Positions 60,072-64,000 of a stretch of 64,000 nt of DNA are shown piece after piece (within the stretch, counting starts at the first letter, position 1; the number at the start of each line of letters is the position of its first letter). The notes under the pieces are model-generated. The model was not told the DNA's origin. It ran no database searches and was given only the letters and a program-made list of their open reading frames with translations. Location: the NCBI GenBank assembly GCA_963756875.1, contig CAVWPA010000003.1, positions 320,001 to 384,000 of the forward strand, read 5' to 3'. The translations under genes and the position numbers were made by a program. This DNA is from an uncultured Verrucomicrobiae bacterium (GTDB lineage Bacteria > Verrucomicrobiota > Verrucomicrobiia > Chthoniobacterales > UBA10450).

Positions 60072-61489
60072 CTTGCACCCTCCTCAACGGCGCGCGGACG
60101 CATGAAATGTGAAGCCACAGCGAGGATCACCGCGATAACGAACGAGATCAGCCCGGCCAGTAAATAAGAAATACCCACCAGGCCATGCAGCACCACCTGT
60201 AACAGCGCTGCGCCGGTTAGCACAAACCAGCGATGTTCGAACCACCAATAGCGAAAAACAATAACCACTGCGCCGCCGGCTAGAGTGTACCATGCGCAGA
60301 CCCGCGCCGATCTGTGCACCAAGGCCACGTCATTGCCTGCTCCACTTGCTCCGATGTCCCAGCCCATCAGGGTCAGGTACGTCAGGAACAGGATCGCCGC
60401 CCAGCCGAAGTCGCTGAAAGCCGGTGATGATTTGTTCCGGGCGGCGCGCCGGTCCAGCCATGGGATGATCGCCCAGATGCCGAGCAAGAGCGCGATCAAG
60501 AACAGGCAGACTTGCGGCCCCGGCAAACCGAAGAGGTGCGGTGGAAATTCCTTCAGCAACTGATACTCCCACAGGAAATACCATTCCGGCTTGATGCCGG
60601 GATAGGCCGGCGCCATCGGGTCCGCCTTCGAGCCGAGTTCCCAATCCATTCCCGGAATGCCCGGCCCATAGGGAAGGAAAACCGCCAGAGACAGCAGCAA
60701 CATCAAACACGCCAGCCACAGCAACACATCGCGCATGGCAAAGCTGGGAAAGAACTTCATGCCGCGCGGCGCGACTCGGGTACCCACGGGTAACGCCATG
60801 CCTTGCCGCTGAATAAACAAGAGGTGGAGACTGATCAGGCCGACGAACGCCAATGGCAGGATCACCACGTGGGCGGCAAAGAACCGATAGAGTGTGTTGA
60901 TCGTTACATCCTGCCCGCCCCGCAACACCTCCAACAGCCAGTCGCCCAGCACCGGCACTGAACGCACGATATTGGTGCCAACCGTTGTTGCGAAGTAAGC
61001 CAGTTTGTTCCACGGCAGGAGATAGCCGGAGAAACCGAACCCGAGCGTCAGCAAAAACAAAAGGTAGCCGGAAACCCACGTCAATTCACGCGGCGGGCGA
61101 TAAGCTTTCAACATCATCGTGCTGAACATGTGAAGCGTCAGCGAGATGATCATCAGGTGCGCGCTCCAACTGTGTATCGAACGGATCAGCCAGCCGAAAG
61201 GGACCTTGGTTGTCAGAAAACGAATGCTCTCGTAGGCCGTCGCTTCGCCCGGCTGGAAATACATCAGCAACAGCACGCCAGTGATCACCTGGACGATGAA
61301 AAAGAACATCGTGATCCCGCCCAGATAGTACCAGCCCATCCAGTGCGAACCCAAAGGTACCTGCTTGTGACTGAGAAATTCGATGAGCGGCGTTATGTGA
61401 AAACGCCGATCCAGCCAGCCGAGCAACCCGCCGCCCTTGCCCGCACTGCTTGCCTCAGGCTTTTTGTTCTGGTGAGATAACAATGGCAC
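60068..61489 (-). CDS. qcrB: Cytochrome b of a Rieske/cytb complex (unsplit, with extra C-terminal TMs)
   Basis: YYLGG, RSIH...H, GFSGYLLPW, H-x14-H, IKPEWYFL. Confidence 0.9.
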   Translation of the reverse strand: MPLLSHQNKKPEASSAGKGGGLLGWLDRRFHITPLIEFLSHKQVPLGSHWMGWYYLGGITMFFFIVQVITGVLLLMYFQPGEATAYESIRFLTTKVPFGWLIRSIHSWSAHLMIISLTLHMFSTMMLKAYRPPRELTWVSGYLLFLLTLGFGFSGYLLPWNKLAYFATTVGTNIVRSVPVLGDWLLEVLRGGQDVTINTLYRFFAAHVVILPLAFVGLISLHLLFIQRQGMALPVGTRVAPRGMKFFPSFAMRDVLLWLACLMLLLSLAVFLPYGPGIPGMDWELGSKADPMAPAYPGIKPEWYFLWEYQLLKEFPPHLFGLPGPQVCLFLIALLLGIWAIIPWLDRRAARNKSSPAFSDFGWAAILFLTYLTLMGWDIGASGAGNDVALVHRSARVCAWYTLAGGAVVIVFRYWWFEHRWFVLTGAALLQVVLHGLVGISYLLAGLISFVIAVILAVASHFMRPRAVEEGAS

Positions 61490-61928
61490 CGTCGGGTTGT
61501 CGTTTGACCGCGAATTCCGGCAGCGGCTTAGGCGGGGGGCCGGATATTACGCGGCCGTTGAGATCGTAGCGGCCATCATGGCAAGGGCACCAGATGATCG
61601 ATTGGCCTGGCAAATAGGTGACCGTGCAGCCTTCGTGCGTGCAAACGGCGCTGAATGCGAGCAGTTGCTCGCCGTGAGGTTCCAAAACGATTGCGCGCTG
61701 TCCGCTTACCGGAACGATGACAAATTTATTCTTCTCCAGCTTGCCAGTCTCCTCGCGCGTCAAACGCGTCGGCCCGGTAGGTCCGGCTTGCGGCAGCGGC
61801 TTGAGATAACGAATCACCGGGTAAACAACACTGGCCAGCCAGCCCAGAATGCTTGCGCTTAGCAGAAGATCGAGAAAAGCGCGGCGTGATGTTTTTGGAC
61901 TGGATGCCGCTTCCGTACGCTCTTCCAT
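61455..61928 (-). CDS. qcrA: Rieske [2Fe-2S] subunit
   Basis: Tat motif SRRAFL plus TM, CTHEGC, CPCHDGRY, GPPPKPL. Confidence 0.92.
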   Translation of the reverse strand: MEERTEAASSPKTSRRAFLDLLLSASILGWLASVVYPVIRYLKPLPQAGPTGPTRLTREETGKLEKNKFVIVPVSGQRAIVLEPHGEQLLAFSAVCTHEGCTVTYLPGQSIIWCPCHDGRYDLNGRVISGPPPKPLPEFAVKRQPDGAIVISPEQKA

Positions 61929-62032
61929 CTCGGATTTTTCTATCTGCCGGCAGAAATTGTTTCAAGGACTTTATTCCCGCCGGCAAAGCCGGATGACGCC
62001 TCACTATCTCGTGATCTAGCCTTTCCCGTTTC

Positions 62033-62056
62033 TGTAGGGGAAGCCGTTGGCTTCCC
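62033..62056 (+). repeat. REP-like unit
   Basis: TGTAG-GGGAAGCC-GTT-GGCTTCCC, a perfect 8-bp stem. Confidence 0.75.
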
Positions 62057-62065
62057 GATCGCAGT

Positions 62066-63982
62066 TTATTGCGTCGGCGTCTGGCCCATCGGCAGACCAG
62101 GCGATTCGCCGCGAGAGGAGGCGTTCGCAGCATAGAAGCTTCGCCACCGTTCCAGTGGCATGGCAGCGATGCACATCAGGACCAGCTGGCTGACGATAAA
62201 TCCGATCAGCCACGGAAATGCTTTTTCCATGAAGCCGTACGAATGCAGGCCGACTCCGAGCATGTTCACGCCGAACCAGGAAAAACTGGTAACGATGTTC
62301 CCAAAGATGGCCATGATCATCAGGCCGCGCTGGCGAATGAACCCGCCCCAACGAGCATGCAGAGTGATCGCGCACCAAAGCACGATCAACACCGCGCCGT
62401 TTTCTTTCGGGTCCCAGCCCCAAAAGCGCCCCCATGATTGGTCGGCCCAGATTCCGCCGAGAACGGTGCCGACAAAACTGAAGAGTGTGGCGAAGCAGAC
62501 CACGCCGTAGGTCATGCGCGCAAGCGAGTCGGCCGTCTGCTTTGTCAGCGAGCGGGTAAACACGCCGCGAATGATGTAGATGATCGCCAGCATGCCGGCC
62601 AAAAACATGGCCGAATACCCAGTGGTGATCGCGACCACGTGCGTGGCCAGCCAGATGTTGGTGTCGAGGACCGCCTGCAACATTTCCAGCGTGTCGCCGC
62701 TCCCGGCAAGATGATGCGCAATGATCAGCGTGATGAAACCGATGGCGCCGGCGCAGGCCGCGCCGATGCCATCCCGGTAAATTCGTTCCAAAATCAGCGC
62801 GACGATCACAGCGCCCCAGCCGATGAAAATTGCGGACGAATAAAGGTTCGTGACCGGCGGCCGCTCCTGCAGGTACATCCGCGAGATCAACCCAAAGGTG
62901 TGAATCGCCAGCGCGAGCAGCAGAAGATAAAACGCCGAGCGGTTCAGCGTTCGGCTCCAACCAAGCCACGAAATGCAAGCGAGGAGAAAAGCGAGGACAT
63001 AGAGCACCATGCTTTGGCTGAAAGGCTGAAGACGGTTGAACAGAAATTCGAACGAGGCCCGCTTGGTTACGCCCGGCATTTCTTTTGCGAACCAGGATGC
63101 CACAGCATCGACATGCTGATTGAACAACGAATGATTTTTTGCGCGGTATGCGTCTCCGATTAATGCATACTCTTTTACGATCGGATGAATTTTCGCGGTG
63201 CTGACTGAGTGCACCAAGCTTGCGCCGACCGACCACCATTGGTCGCGCGCTGTAGCCGAAGTCGCTGACCCCGGTGCCGGCAGCGGAGGCACCGCGAGAA
63301 TATACGCCATGTCGGACAACCGCTCGTAGCGCTGAATCAGATCCGCGACGTCGTTGAGCTTTGACTTGTCGAAATTCTTTCCCTGCTCGCGTTGACGCGC
63401 CGCCTTTCCCGCACCCGGGACGCTGTTTTCGAATCCTTGCAGTTCCGCCGCGAAATTTACCGCGCCTTCAGGCTGCACGCTGTTTTTCAGCCGCTGGTAC
63501 AGCACCAGGGAATTGCGCAAATTCAGAATCGCATTCTGGTATGCCGAGCGTTGTACCGATTCGAGCTTGTCGGATTGCTCGCCCTGTTCGTCGATCTTTT
63601 TCAGAAACGGCGAAAATTCTGCAAAACTGAAATATTTCCGGTTGCCCTGTTCCCAACCGAACAATCCGAGAACTTCGGCATTTTGTACGACAAAAACCGG
63701 ATACTGGTCGGCGAGGGGAGCATTAAAGAGAACGTCGGTGAGCCACTGCATCGCGTTGAGGCGCCGGCCGTCGTCGATCTCCAGCTCCTGTTTGCCATGA
63801 ATAATCAGGAGAGAATTGCGAGCGACGGTGTCGAGAGGTTTAACACGGCCGCCGACTAACACCGGAACCTTTCCGAATGTGGCAAAATCGAAATCGTTCT
63901 TCGGGCGCTGGTGCGGCCACCAGGTCGCAGCGAGCCAAATCACAGCCAAAGCGAAAACAATCCAGGGAAGAAAACGTTTCAT
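62066..63982 (-). CDS. ccsA: System II cytochrome c biogenesis protein CcsA/ResC with a large periplasmic N-terminal domain
   Basis: GRVKPLDT, PPVTNLY, WLATHV, GGIWADQSWGRFWGWDPKE, GLHSYG. Confidence 0.93.
   Translation of the reverse strand: MKRFLPWIVFALAVIWLAATWWPHQRPKNDFDFATFGKVPVLVGGRVKPLDTVARNSLLIIHGKQELEIDDGRRLNAMQWLTDVLFNAPLADQYPVFVVQNAEVLGLFGWEQGNRKYFSFAEFSPFLKKIDEQGEQSDKLESVQRSAYQNAILNLRNSLVLYQRLKNSVQPEGAVNFAAELQGFENSVPGAGKAARQREQGKNFDKSKLNDVADLIQRYERLSDMAYILAVPPLPAPGSATSATARDQWWSVGASLVHSVSTAKIHPIVKEYALIGDAYRAKNHSLFNQHVDAVASWFAKEMPGVTKRASFEFLFNRLQPFSQSMVLYVLAFLLACISWLGWSRTLNRSAFYLLLLALAIHTFGLISRMYLQERPPVTNLYSSAIFIGWGAVIVALILERIYRDGIGAACAGAIGFITLIIAHHLAGSGDTLEMLQAVLDTNIWLATHVVAITTGYSAMFLAGMLAIIYIIRGVFTRSLTKQTADSLARMTYGVVCFATLFSFVGTVLGGIWADQSWGRFWGWDPKENGAVLIVLWCAITLHARWGGFIRQRGLMIMAIFGNIVTSFSWFGVNMLGVGLHSYGFMEKAFPWLIGFIVSQLVLMCIAAMPLERWRSFYAANASSRGESPGLPMGQTPTQ
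63251..63274 (+). repeat. REP-like unit lying in frame inside ccsA
   Basis: TGTAG-CCGAAGTC-GCT-GACCCCGG, encoding PGSATSAT. Confidence 0.7.
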
Positions 63983-64000
63983 GCCAGCGCCTTTCGTCGC
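63979..64000 (-). CDS. Probable 3' end of an upstream gene (possibly ResB/CcsB)
   Basis: Reads ...RRKALA-stop, with TGA overlapping the ccsA ATG (ATGA). Identity is inferred from context only. Confidence 0.35.

Noticed and set aside
58959..60167. 402-aa plus-strand ORF
   Set aside because: Antisense shadow of the multiheme cytochrome.
62016..63239. 407-aa alternate-frame ORF over ccsA
   Set aside because: Arg-rich frame shadow of a well-supported gene.

Overview
High-GC bacterial chromosomal segment; gene content and repeat style suggest Verrucomicrobiota (Chthoniobacterales-like), which is inference only. Almost all genes are on the minus strand. From left to right: (1) 3' end of a GH75-like protein; (2) a rearranged kdp K+-uptake locus (peptide-kdpF-kdpB-peptide-kdpA-kdpC-outer membrane barrel-kdpD-kdpE), with three micro-ORFs missed by the ORF track and a 1-nt frameshift in kdpA; (3) a membrane-anchored Hanks-type pseudokinase, LOG, sufU/sufS and nnrS; (4) a large stress/fermentation region (three tandem-domain USPs, D-LDH, Pat acetyltransferase, frameshifted P3A H+-ATPase, phosphoketolase, AckA, FbaB, Pgm, YbhGFSR-like exporter, PPK2, CaCA antiporter, SDR, P2A ATPase, ADH) interrupted by a ~3,060-aa cyclic beta-1,2-glucan synthase on the plus strand; (5) a Rieske-cytochrome b-nonaheme cytochrome c cluster next to CcsA. 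The main unexplained structures are GTAG-footed REP/REPIN-like palindromes, two of them translated in frame inside intact genes; two in-frame N+C-terminus mini-genes derived from a P3A ATPase and PEP synthase; and an SDR gene that appears to start at ATA. No rRNA, tRNA, CRISPR array or transposase was recognised.
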